Assembly: GCF_001194135.2 (NCBI RefSeq)
Contig: NC_068982.1
Location: 169,848,492 to 169,889,196, forward strand
Direction: 5' to 3'
Length of the DNA: 40,705 nt
DNA from: Octopus bimaculoides
Taxonomy: Eukaryota
The notes beneath the pieces were generated by a model. The model did not search any database and was not told where the DNA came from. It saw only the letters and a program-made list of their open reading frames with translations. The translations under genes and the position numbers were made by a program. Below, in pieces: positions 1-11,608 of this stretch. Position 1 is the stretch's first letter. Every line of letters begins with the position of its first letter.

Positions 1-240
1 TCTCAAAACTAGAAAGGAGAAAGCTAATTCGAAGACTACAGACCCAATCCATCACTGGAACTGTAAAAATCTGTAAAACTTTCCAGAAGTTTTCATTTAA
101 ATATATATGAGCTTGTCTAGATATGCAACTATATGCATGAGAATACACACATAACGCAAAACATACAAATCTGCATATATACATACATATACACACACAC
201 ACACACACGCACACATACATACATACATACATACATACAT
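1..240 (+). mobile_element. 3' end of an RLE-type non-LTR retrotransposon (ORF C-terminus + 3'UTR), running into microsatellite and gap
   Basis: Frame from base 3 reads SKLERRKLIRRLQTQSITGTVKICKTFQKF; bases 1-41 are identical to 927-967; homologous to 5366-5697. Confidence 0.75.
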
Positions 241-250
241 NNNNNNNNNN

Positions 251-281
<31 letters not shown>

Positions 282-759
282 AATATATATATATATAAAA
301 TTTAAATATATATATACATATATATATTTATGTATATGTATATATATATATGCGTGCACGCGCATACACACATATATATATATTCGAGTGTGTTTGTGCA
401 CGTGGATGCGTGTATGTAAATGCATACACGAAGTTAAATGAATGAATGTATGTATGTATGTATGTCTGAAGTGTCATCAATATTACAAAGTGCAACATTC
501 GGGGCGAAACCGTATGTAACATTCTGACCAATTAAATGCCATAACGATAATATACTTGTCGATGATATACAAAACAAAACATGTGAAATGACTGAATCTA
601 AAATTAGGATAGACTGGTTTACGGTATTCGTTTTCAGTCTCTGTGTTCTGAGACCAATTTTGCAATTCATAATTACCAGATCATATTGATGTTGATTTTT
701 CTATCTCTCATCTTTCTTTTCGTATGTATTCACTCTCTCTCTCCCTCTCTCTTTCTCTC

Positions 760-1140
760 CTGCTCAGCGGATGTTAATATCAGTGAAAAATAAAATACCT
801 ACGCTGAACTATTGAGAAGTCTGTAGTTACTCTATCCAGATTACAAGTTCAGGTTTATACCTGTAATTATTGGGACACTGGGATACGTAACATACTGCTA
901 AAATACCAATCTTGAGCAATTAGGCTTCTCAAAACTAGAAAGGAGAAAGCTAATTCGAAGACTACAGNNNNNNNNNNNNNNNNNNNNNNNNNNNNNNNNN
1001 NNNNNNNNNNNNNNNNNNNNNNNNNNNNNNNNNNNNNNNNNNNNNNNNNNNNNNNNNNNNNNNNNNNNNNNNNNNNNNNNNNNNNNNNNNNNNNNNNNNN
1101 NNNNNNNNNNNNNNNNNNNNNNNNCACACGCACACATACA

Positions 1141-1173
<33 letters not shown>

Positions 1174-1290
1174 GCAAACAAATATACCCTGATATTGATG
1201 TTGCGAATTCCAATGAAGGTGCCTTGGATCTAGGTTAGAAACCGCTTCTATATTGGCAAGAATTCTTGAACTAAAACTGAACAATGACAT
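760..1290 (+). mobile_element. RLE-type (R4/Dong-related) LINE 3' fragment, degenerate, interrupted by N gap
   Basis: Reads YAELLRSL*LLYPDYKFRFIPVIIGTLGYVTYC*NTNLEQLGFSKLERRKLIRRLQ; IPVIIGTLG matches the RLE C-terminal IPxxIGALG motif; post-gap UTR (ttccaatgaagg.gccttg.atcta.gttaga) matches 5610-5642. Confidence 0.75.
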
Positions 1291-1334
1291 ACATACATAC
1301 ATACATACATATATAAATGTAAGAACTTATTTGG

Positions 1335-1367
<33 letters not shown>

Positions 1368-1554
1368 NNNNNNNNNNNNNNNNNNNNNNNNNNNNNNNNN
1401 NNNNNNNNNNNNNNNNNNNNNNNNNNNNNNNNNNNNNNNNNNNNNNNNNNNNNNNNNNNNNNNNNNNNNNNNNNNNNNNNNNNNNNNNNNNNNNNNNNNN
1501 NNNNNNNNNNNNNNNNNNNNNNNNNNNNNNNNNNNNNNNNNNNNNNNNNNNNNN

Positions 1555-1586
<32 letters not shown>

Positions 1587-2285
1587 TGTGTGTGTATGTC
1601 TGTGAGTTATAAGGCAGAGGGAAATATAGAAAATAAAGTTGCAAAAAGGAGAAAGAGTATGGATATACTGAAAAAATAAAAGTAAAATGAAAAAAATAAC
1701 AAATATGTAGAATGAGAGAGTAGAATGTAGAGATCAAAGTAATAAGAAAAGGGGAAATGATACATTAGGAAAAAGAGAAAGAAAAAAACAATTCAACGGT
1801 CGTAAATATTTCATATGGCCTTTTACACCGAAGACGCATATTTTTGAAGTGAGACAAGAAGGGGAAAAAAGAACGGTAGATATTTGACAATTACTTACCT
1901 CTCAAAACGCATTAGTGACATGACTCAAGTGAAAGGATTCAAGAGGGAATTGAAATCGCAGCTTCCCAGACGGCTCCTTTTTTTTTTTAGTCTCTACACT
2001 AATTTCGTTACAACAAGACTTCTAAATTGTAGCTTGATGAGTTCCTTAACATTTGTAATTAACTATTCATATTTACATTGACGCCAGCTCGGTTATGTGT
2101 GCATGCATGGATGTATGTATGTATGTATGTATGTATGTATGTATGTATGTATTATGTATTATGTATGTTTGTATGTATGCATGTATGTATATATGTATGT
2201 AGGTAGGTATGTATGTGTGTATATGTATGTATATATATGCATATATATATGTATTTATATTTTATATGTGTGTATATATATGTGC

Positions 2286-2330
<45 letters not shown>

Positions 2331-2768
2331 NNNNNNNNNNNNNNNNNNNNNNNNNNNNNNNNNNNNNNNNNNNNNNNNNNNNNNNNNNNNNNNNNNNNNN
2401 NNNNNNNNNNNNNNNNNNNNNNNNNNNNNNNNNNNNNNNNNNNNNNNNNNNNNNNNNNNNNNNNNNNNNNNNNNNNNNNNNNNNNNNNNNNNNNNNNNNN
2501 NNNNNNNNNNNNNNNNNNNNNNNNNNNNNNNNNNNNNNNNNNNNNNNNNNNNNNNNNNNNNNNNNNNNNNNNNNNNNNNNNNNNNNNNNNNNNNNNNNNN
2601 NNNNNNNNNNNNNNNNNNNNNNNNNNNNNNNNNNNNNNNNNNNNNNNNNNNNNNNNNNNNNNNNNNNNNNNNNNNNNNNNNNNNNNNNNNNNNNNNNNNN
2701 NNNNNNNNNNNNNNNNNNNNNNNNNNNNNNNNNNNNNNNNNNNNNNNATATATATAAGTATGTATATA

Positions 2769-3530
2769 TATTTTGTGTTGGTGATAAAGTTCATAGCATT
2801 TTGAAGTAAAATTCAGTAACAATATTTAGATACCTGTACATACCTTTCCTCAACCAAAAATATCTCATTTTGTTGCACTACCTTTCGCCATCTTTGAGAC
2901 AACTTCATGACTTCATCCTCCCAGAACTGGTCTAAGTAGTTTTTGCACTCTTTTAAAGAATAGAAGTTGTTCCCATTAAGAGAATTTTGCAGGGATCATA
3001 ATAAATGATAATCTGAAGGTGCAAGGTCAGGTGAGTATGATGGGTGGGGTAGGACATCCCACCCAAGCTGCACCAATTTCTGCTTGGTCTGCAAAGAAAT
3101 ATGCGGTCCAGCGTTGTCCTCATGTAAGACGACACCCATTCAGTTGACCAATTCTGGATGTTTTTCATCAATTTCTTTTAATCGGTATAATTGGGAACTA
3201 TAATAGTCTGAATTTAAAATCGGATTTTATGAGAATAGCTCGTGATACACAATGCCCTTCGATTCCCGCCAGATAGAGGGCATCACTGTCTTCGGATACA
3301 GACCAGCTTTGGAAGTAGCGAAGGCGGACCATCTCGTTTTCCCCAGCATCTTTTTCGTTTCAAGTTGTGAATAATCCATTTCTTATCAAACGTGATCATT
3401 CTTTTCAAAAGTGGATCATTTTTGTTTTTTTTTTGTTTCATCTGAACAGAGAATCGCTCTATTAAGTTCATTTTACGTTAAGTTATGAGGCACCCAAACA
3501 TAGCGATTCGGCCATAACCCAGTGACTGGA
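2769..3530 (-). mobile_element. mariner transposase remnant (C-terminal two thirds) with probable 3' TIR
   Basis: Minus strand: WVPH (3496-3485), DPLLKRMITFDKKWI (ITGDEKW equivalent), HPSYSPDLAPSD (3047-3013); frameshifts and stops; TIR-like ttttgtgttggtgataaagttcatagcatt near 2771-2800. Confidence 0.9.
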
Positions 3531-3578
3531 ACAAGTAAGAAGTAAAAGGTATACATACACACACACATACATACATAT

Positions 3579-3621
<43 letters not shown>

Positions 3622-3633
3622 CGTGCGTGCGTG

Positions 3634-4345
3634 CTCAGGCGTGGCTGTGTGATAAGACGCTTGCTTCCCAACCAAATGGTTTAGGGTTCAGTCCCATTCC
3701 ATGGCATCTTGGGCAAGTGTCTTCCGCTATAGCCACGTGCCGACCTAAGTCTTGTAGGTAAATTTGCTAGATAGAAACTAAAAGCCCTTTGAAGGCGGTG
3801 AGCTGGCAGAAACGTTACCCCGCCGGGCGAAATGCTTAGCGGTATTTCGTCTGCCGCTACGTTCTGAGCTCAAATTCCACCGAGGTTGACTTTGCCTTTC
3901 ATCCTTTCGGGGTTGATTAAATAAGTACCAGTTATGCACTGGGGTCGATATAATCGATTTAATCCGTTTGTCTGTCCTTGTTTTCCCCTCTGTGTATAGC
4001 CCCTTGTGGGTAGTAAAGAAATAAGAAGCTAAAAGCCCTTCGTATATGTGTGTGTGAGTGTGTGTGTGTGTATGTGTGCGTGTGTATGTCTGTATCCCTG
4101 TATGTCTCCGTATCTGTGTTTATCTCTGATCCCTCACCGCCACTTAGCAAACAGTGCTGGTGTGTTTACTCTGTCGCAGAATAGCGGTTCGGCAAAAAGG
4201 GTCAGATACAATAAGTACCAGCCTTAAGAAATAGAAAAGTACTGGTGTCGATTCATTCGGTTAAAATAATTCTTCAAGGCGGTACCTCAGCTTGGGCTGA
4301 GTATAATTTAATTACTGAAACAAGTAAATCGTAAAAAGTAAAAGG
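3634..4345 (+). mobile_element. tRNA-derived SINE, family B (CORE-like), interrupted by a family A SINE
   Basis: Box A-like gtggctgtgtg, box B-like ggttcagtccc, ttgggcaagtgtcttc core, body agcggttcggcaaaa, tail actgaaacaagtaaa; collinear with 13141-13520. Confidence 0.85.
3791..4028 (+). mobile_element. SINE family A (ggcggtgagctggcagaa...), full length, 12-bp TSD
   Basis: Matches copies at 8056 and 17247; flanked by ctaaaagccctt at 3778-3789 and 4029-4040. Confidence 0.9.
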
Positions 4346-4517
4346 ATATACAAATACACATGCACACACACACACAGACACACACATACATGCAGACACA
4401 CAGACACATATATACATACATACATGCATACATACATACACACACGCACATATATATATACATTCATTTATTTATATGTATATGTATATATGAATATATA
4501 TATATAGATATACAGTC

Positions 4518-4557
<40 letters not shown>

Positions 4558-4569
4558 GTATATATATAC

Positions 4570-4653
<84 letters not shown>

Positions 4654-4663
4654 NNNNNNNNNN

Positions 4664-4712
<49 letters not shown>

Positions 4713-4722
4713 TATGTATATA

Positions 4723-4845
4723 TAGGCGCAGGAGCGGCTGTGTGCGTAACACCTTGGGCAAGTGTCTTCTACTATAGCCTCGGGTCGACCAAAGCCTTGT
4801 GAGTGCATTTGGGAGAGGGAAACTTGAAGAAGCACGTCGTATACG
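4723..4845 (+). mobile_element. SINE family B 5' part with internal deletion of the tRNA-like head
   Basis: ggcgcaggagcggctgtgtg joined directly to caccttgggcaagtgtcttctactatagcctcggg, as in 13195-13290. Confidence 0.85.
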
Positions 4846-4851
4846 TATATG

Positions 4852-4886
<35 letters not shown>

Positions 4887-5269
4887 GCTTACATGTATAT
4901 CTATATGCCTATCTATCTATCTATCTATCTATCTCTCTATCTATCGATCGATCGATCGATCCATTCACCCATCCATCAATTCATCTACGTATATACACAT
5001 CCATATATACAAACCTGTGTAGGTAGATTCATAGAGACTGGCGGGGGTGAATGTTGAAGCTCGCTGCACAACCATGGTTTCACAAGTCAATCCTTTAAAG
5101 AGAGACTGTGCTGGCAGGAACTGTGTGGAAACCCTTCGGATCGACTTAACGTTCTTAAAACGACCTGATTTGTCAAATAATGTCACTCTACTTGAAATAT
5201 CACTCAATTAAAGTATAACGTTGAGTCACACTTCAACTTGGGCGAACATGAAAGTTTGGCCAAAATGAC

Positions 5270-5365
5270 AGTCTCAGAGAGCTTTTTTATTCTGGAGCAT
5301 CGCCTTTAGTCGTACAAATCGATCACAGTATTTATTCTTTGTAAGCCTAGTACTTACTGTATCGG
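5270..5365 (-). mobile_element. SINE family B 3' fragment
   Basis: ctggagcatcgcctttagtcg...gtaagcctagtactta is the reverse complement of 13410-13475. Confidence 0.7.
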
Positions 5366-5697
5366 CCTGGAAAAATTAGGGTTCTCAAAACCTGAAAGCA
5401 AAAGGCTGATTAGAAAACTACAGATTCAAGCCATCAATGGAACTGTAAAGATATGTAAAACTTTCCAAAAATTTATCACATAAATACATATGCATGCATC
5501 TAGACATAAAAACACATCCATAAAACAAACATACAAATCTGCGCATACACTAACACCAAATACTGCACACACACACATATGCACAAATACCTAGATGATG
5601 TTGATAAAAATTCCAATGAAGGAGCCTTGAATCTATGTTAGAGTCTGGCTCTTTCTCTATGGACAAGAAATACAGAAATGAAACTGATTGATAACAT
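5366..5697 (+). mobile_element. 5'-truncated 3' end of the same RLE LINE family as 760-1290
   Basis: GLEKLGFSKPESKRLIRKLQIQAINGTVKICKTFQKFIT* followed by homologous 3'UTR. Confidence 0.8.
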
Positions 5698-5707
5698 NNN
5701 NNNNNNN

Positions 5708-5742
<35 letters not shown>

Positions 5743-6195
5743 ATATACACATGTATATATACAATTACACACTAACACACACGCATATATATTTATACAT
5801 ACACATACATGTGTGTGTAAGTATGTATACACATGCATGGAAGAGTGAAATGCTAACCTATATAGGTTAATAGGTACGTGACCTCATCGAACGATGTTTT
5901 GTCATAATTGGACGTTCCTTTTACAAGGACCCGCAAACATCCACTAATTCCCCACCATAGTCGCGCGCCAATTTCCCATCCTCTCTCACACTTTCGTTCT
6001 CCCACTTTTCTTCTCCTTCAAGATATATTTTAACTTCAAAAGGAAACTGTGGTGTGATATTAGCGTATTTTCTCCTTTTCTTCTTTTTCTCCTTTCTTTT
6101 TCCATGGCAGTCAGCTGTTAGAGCTGTATCCTTGTTACTCGCATGCTCGAAAATTAGCCTAATTCCCATTTAGTGGACATATCAGTCATTCTTCA

Positions 6196-6236
6196 TAATA
6201 ATAATAATAATAGTAATAATAATAATAATAATAATG

Positions 6237-6316
<80 letters not shown>

Positions 6317-6485
6317 AAGAAGAAGAAGAAGAAGAAAAAGAAGAAGAGGAAGGAGGAGGAGGAGAAAATTAAGAAAAAGTACAATCTCTGCTCTTCTTCC
6401 TCCTCCTCCTCCAGCGCCACCACCAACACCACCACAACCACCACCACCACTACAGCGACCACTACAACAACAGCAACAATAATAA
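6196..6485. repeat. Compound trinucleotide microsatellite (AAT)n(AAG)n...(CAC/AAC)n
   Basis: Seen directly. Confidence 0.95.
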
Positions 6486-6489
6486 CAAT

Positions 6490-6866
6490 GGTTTCAACTT
6501 TTGGCACAAGGCTAGTAATTTCGGGGAAAGAGTTAAGTCGATTAAATCGATCTTAGCTCTCAACTGTTATTTACTTTATCGTTCTCGATAAGCATTTTAC
6601 CTTGCGTGCTAACGATTCTGTCGGTTCAGCAGCTTAATTGCAATAACAATAATCTTTTCTACTATAGGCACAAAACCTAAAATTTTGGTGAGGGCGATAC
6701 GCAATCACATCGCCCTTCGTACTTGACTGCTACTTAATTTATCGACCCCGAGAGGATGAAAGGCCAAGTCGACTTCAGTGGAATTTGAACTCAGAACGTG
6801 AAGATGGACGAAATGCCGCTAAATATTTTGCCCGGTGTGCTAATGATTCTGCCAGTTCGGCGCCTT
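6490..6866 (-). mobile_element. Two family A SINE copies (degenerate 6490-6635; near full 6645-6866)
   Basis: Reverse complement of the family A head (gtgctaatgattctgccagttcggcgcc) and body (ggaatttgaactcagaacgt). Confidence 0.8.
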
Positions 6867-6900
6867 AATGACTTACGGAGTTAAGTCATTAATCCCTGAG

Positions 6901-6934
<34 letters not shown>

Positions 6935-7011
6935 GTAGTAGTAGTAGTATTAGTATTAGTAATAGTAGTAATAGTAGTAGTACTAGTAATAACAGCAGCA
7001 GCAGTTGTAAC

Positions 7012-7043
<32 letters not shown>

Positions 7044-7062
7044 CAGCAGTAGTAGTAGTATT
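6901..7062. repeat. (ATT)n/(AGT)n/(AGC)n microsatellite
   Basis: Seen directly. Confidence 0.95.
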
Positions 7063-7079
7063 GTTTTACCTCTCTGAGC

Positions 7080-7736
7080 ACTCGGCGTCGTTTGCTCAGC
7101 TTGATTCTATGGTTGTTAATTATCATGGGAAGACATTCAGCATCCATGTACCAATCTCAAAACCCTAGCTGTTCCCAACAGAGCATTCTTTTATGCTTTC
7201 TTTTCTCTCATGTCAATTCCCATTTCTTTGACATATTTATCGAACTTGGTTGTTAGTACTCCGAGTGCCCCTACAACTACTGGAGTAGTAAAACCTCTCC
7301 TAATAGTCCACATTTTTGCAATTTCGTCTCTTAGTAGTCTGTACTTTTCAATCTTTTTTAGTCCATTGTAACTTATTCTTTGTTCTCGCTGACTCCTTCT
7401 GGTTCACATTTGTACCGTTTCTGTGCTCTGTATAGGCCGTACTTTTCACATAGCCACAATGGACCAACTTAGCCACGTTATCGTGCCTCCTTTTGTAGTA
7501 CTTTTGGACCAGCTTGCTACACTCACTCAAAATATGAGTGATTTTTTAGTTTCTGCTGCCACACCTCCTACAAAGCAGAGATTCACTGCTCTCATCTACT
7601 TAGAACTTGGTATAATTACTTCACAGAGCTTCCTGGACGCTGCATATCAATGCCTCAGTGCATCCTTTCAGATCACTTTTTCTTAGCCTCCTCCAGGTCT
7701 TGTCTTTTCCCTCAATCTCTGTGAGGTATTACCCAT
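7080..7736 (-). mobile_element. R4/Dong-like LINE 3' fragment (CCHC knuckle + RLE, PD-(D/E)xK core deleted)
   Basis: Minus strand: WRRLRKSDLKGCTEALICS, CRRCG..ITHILSECSKLVQKYYKRRHDNVAKLVH, then KKIEKYRLLRDEIAKMW..PVVVGALG..NALLGTARVLR. Confidence 0.88.
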
Positions 7737-7819
7737 ACAGTGATTATATTTTCCAAGTGTTTATTCATTCTTAATTAATTAGTAAATAAATAAATAAATA
7801 AGTAGATAAATGAATAAAT

Positions 7820-7823
7820 AATG

Positions 7824-7887
<64 letters not shown>

Positions 7888-7978
7888 TAACAGTAATAAT
7901 AATTTATTCAATAAACAATATAGAATAAAGAATAAATTATTAACATTATTATTATTATTATTATTATTATTAATTTCA

Positions 7979-8025
<47 letters not shown>

Positions 8026-8045
8026 CTTCTTCTTCTTCTTATTAT
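7820..8045. repeat. (AAT)n followed by (ATT)n/(TTC)n microsatellites
   Basis: Seen directly. Confidence 0.9.
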
Positions 8046-8055
8046 TAATTTCATT

Positions 8056-8265
8056 GAGCTGGCAGAATCGTTAGCACGCCGGGCGAAATGCTTAGCAGTA
8101 TTTCGTCTAACGTTACGTTCTGAGTTCAAATTCCGTCGAGGTCGACTTTGCCTTTCATCCTTTCGGGGTCGATTAAATAAATACCAGTTACGCACTGGTG
8201 TCGATGTAATCGACTTAATCCGTTTCTCCCCTCTATGTTTAGCCCCTTGTGGTCAATAAAGAAAT
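8056..8265 (+). mobile_element. SINE family A
   Basis: gagctggcagaatcgttagcacgccgggcgaaatgcttagc...agccccttgtggtcaataaagaaata. Confidence 0.9.
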
Positions 8266-8989
8266 AATAATGATAATGATAATAATAATAATTATTATTA
8301 TTGTCATTGTTGTTGTGGTCGTCGTTGTTGTGAGGCAAAATCGACCTCGGCAAAAAGTTCTGAGTTCAAATTCAGCTGAGGTCGGATTACCAAGGTATGA
8401 GCCATCATCATCATCACACTACCAGCGCTGCCTCTGCTGGTGATGATGATGATGATGATAACGATCATCATCATCCACAACAACATCAACAACAGCAATA
8501 AAATAGCTCCCAGAACAACAACAGTGACAGAACGGTAAAACTGAACAAACAATTCGCTGGGTTTCCGTACTGAATTTGGCTAAACTAAGCTTTTGGTATA
8601 CAATAGTTCCCTCCAGTAAAATACAAAACCCAAGTGTTTAATGCTACTTTGGTAACCCGGCAAGTTTACGGATATATCACTACAAGATCAAGTACAATTA
8701 ATATAATCACCGTATGTGCCGACCATTACCAAACTACCGTCAAACATCACCATCACATCAGACCCTGAGAATTTCAAATTGATGCATTTACTGGAAATAG
8801 CAACCAGATCTCCCACGTAGAGCATTACACGGACACAAAGTTGTATCACCACAATTACAGCAATCAACGGGTATATAGTCTTTAACGTTCCAAGCCTACG
8901 CATTTCCACATAAAGGAACACAGAAAGAAACAAGGAGAGAAACAAGGAGAGAAAAAAATATGTGTAGTGGTCAGCGATCTATCATGGCG

Positions 8990-9038
<49 letters not shown>

Positions 9039-9456
9039 NNNNNNNNNNNNNNNNNNNNNNNNNNNNNNNNNNNNNNNNNNNNNNNNNNNNNNNNNNNNNN
9101 NNNNNNNNNNNNNNNNNNNNNNNNNNNNNNNNNNNNNNNNNNNNNNNNNNNNNNNNNNNNNNNNNNNNNNNNNNNNNNNNNNNNNNNNNNNNNNNNNNNN
9201 NNNNNNNNNNNNNNNNNNNNNNNNNNNNNNNNNNNNNNNNNNNNNNNNNNNNNNNNNNNNNNNNNNNNNNNNNNNNNNNNNNNNNNNNNNNNNNNNNNNN
9301 NNNNNNNNNNNNNNNNNNNNNNNNNNNNNNNNNNNNNNNNNNNNNNNNNNNNNNNNNNNNNNNNNNNNNCACACACACTCATATATATATATACATATAT
9401 ATATTTCTAACCATATATATATATATTTATATACGTATTATACTTTTGCATGTCAG

Positions 9457-9522
<66 letters not shown>

Positions 9523-10075
9523 GTTGTATGCAGTACTCTTTCTGGTGTAATTCAAGTTCTTACGATTCACAAAGTTTTCATAACTTGTCGGTGATAAAAG
9601 GTGAAGCGTTAATTTGTGGTGTATTGGTGGAAACACCGGCAAAATGTACGTGAAATACTATAAGATGTGTAAATCACCACAAAAGGCGAGAACATTGCTG
9701 CGACTATATAATAGAATCTATTAAGATTTAATGCTGATATTTTGGTGGGTGATAACATGTTCTCTTGGCCCCATAGAAGACTAAGTATACTAACATTTTC
9801 GAAATACGGTAAGAATAATCGATATGTTCTTTACTATAAGGCGTTAAATGTTTCCATTAGCTCCCTTTGATGTCACCTTTTAACGCATGAATTAAGAATA
9901 TTAACAAATGAGAGGATCCATAGATAAATATGTACATACATATATACATATATAAATATATACATATGTATATACATAAATATATTTGTATATACAAATC
10001 TATATGTATTTATCTTTATATACATGTATACATACATATGTATGAATGTATATGTGTATATGTATGTTCACATAC

Positions 10076-10115
<40 letters not shown>

Positions 10116-10695
10116 GGTAAACAATGTAGGTAAATGTATATTTGTTAAACTGTCCATATGCGTCCTGAGACGAGAATTACTGTTGTTCTGATGAGGTCAA
10201 ACCGAGGCCGAAAACCACTCTAAGTCGCCCATCGTCTCCGAAGTTGATCTATGGTATCGAGGATAGAATATGACAGTCCTATATTTCGAAGCATGTTACT
10301 TCAACCGTAACATTCATAATTTCTTGAAATTATCTACTTTACCTCATTCAGGATTCTAACAATTATCCGTAGGTTGTGTCTTATTTCTTTCCACAAAAGG
10401 AATTGGAATGAAATAAGAATTTATCATGTATGTTATTCAACATGCCCTGCATTCAATATGTAATCCAGTGTCTTGCATGACACATTTGAGTACTTTCTTT
10501 TCGTTGTAATTTTGAAAACAACCCTTCCTATGAAAGTAAACACCTCGTTTCATTGCTAAATTTTCAGCATTCGTTTGGATTCAGGAGCCCAATGCTAGGC
10601 TTAAGAAGACAAGAAAAAAAAAAAATGGAAAGCTAAAATTCATATCTAGCAGTAAATGTAATCCACATTCAAGGAACCACTGTCTTGTACAATAC

Positions 10696-10729
<34 letters not shown>

Positions 10730-10730
<1 letters not shown>

Positions 10731-10948
10731 TTTATTTAAAAGCAGCAGAAATATAACAAAAGCTGTTAGTCAGAGTTCCACGTTCCCGTCGGCTAGTTTT
10801 AACAAAACTCTCCGACGAACGGGAACGTGAAACTCTGAGTAATAGCTTTTGTTATATTTCTGCTGCTTTTAAATAAAGCATATTACTCTACCTCTGGTAT
10901 TTGAGTACTCTTTTTTCCACCTTTTTTCACATTAATGTGCTTACTCCG

Positions 10949-10950
<2 letters not shown>
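10730..10950. mobile_element. Palindromic Penelope-like terminal remnant (inverted pLTR copy + tail)
   Basis: 10730-10792 is the near reverse complement of 10812-10878; the right arm holds a hammerhead-like fold; bounded by (TA)n and (CA)n. Confidence 0.7.
10801..10853 (+). ncRNA. Minimal type-I hammerhead ribozyme-like motif (core CCGACGA, U4-to-C variant)
   Basis: Stem I aacaaaa-ct.t / a.ag(c)ttttgtt; core 10812-10818; stem II acg-ggaa-cgt; GAAA 10829-10832; stem III ctc-t-gag; GUA triplet 10839-10841. Confidence 0.6.
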
Positions 10951-11023
<73 letters not shown>

Positions 11024-11427
11024 GTCACTGCGAGGATATATTAACCTCTCCAAGTGAAGATTTCATCCAAATCACACTAGCTTAATACCTTATATTGTTG
11101 AGAAATATCTTTTCGATATAAATAGGTATATTATAAACATTGAGTATTATAAATAGAAAAATGGGGAGTTTAAATGGATATAAATTAATTTATTAGCATA
11201 TTGTTAATTAAGCCTACAAATGTTTCAATTTACACTCACTGCAAATTAAAAAGCTATAGAATAAATTAGGCTTGCATTTTGAAGATTTTGAGTAAAATAT
11301 CATCAGAACCAATGGACATTAAAGAAACTACATGTCTATCTATTCTATAAGTTTGTAATTTGTATTGAATGTAAGTTCTAACAATATGTTAATAAATTAA
11401 TTTATATGCATTTAAACTCTCCGTTGT

Positions 11428-11429
11428 CT

Positions 11430-11513
<84 letters not shown>

Positions 11514-11542
11514 AGCTGCTGTTGCTGCTGATTATGATGATT

Positions 11543-11573
<31 letters not shown>

Positions 11574-11608
11574 CGATGATGATGATGATAATTATCATAT
11601 TATTATTA
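11428..11608. repeat. (ACT)n(GCT)n(GAT)n compound microsatellite
   Basis: Seen directly. Confidence 0.95.

Noticed and set aside
1895-2010. Strong minus-strand donor GAG|GTAAGT near 1898
   Set aside because: All three upstream frames contain stops and there is no good acceptor; at most a UTR exon.
129-2822. Long ORFs of YI/HT/VC/X composition here and throughout the track
   Set aside because: Translations of dinucleotide or tetranucleotide repeats and N gaps; not genes.
6901-7905. TAA-repeat targeting by the 7.1-7.7 kb Dong-like copy
   Set aside because: The flanking repeats are in opposite orientations (ATT left, AAT right), which does not fit insertion into a single tract.
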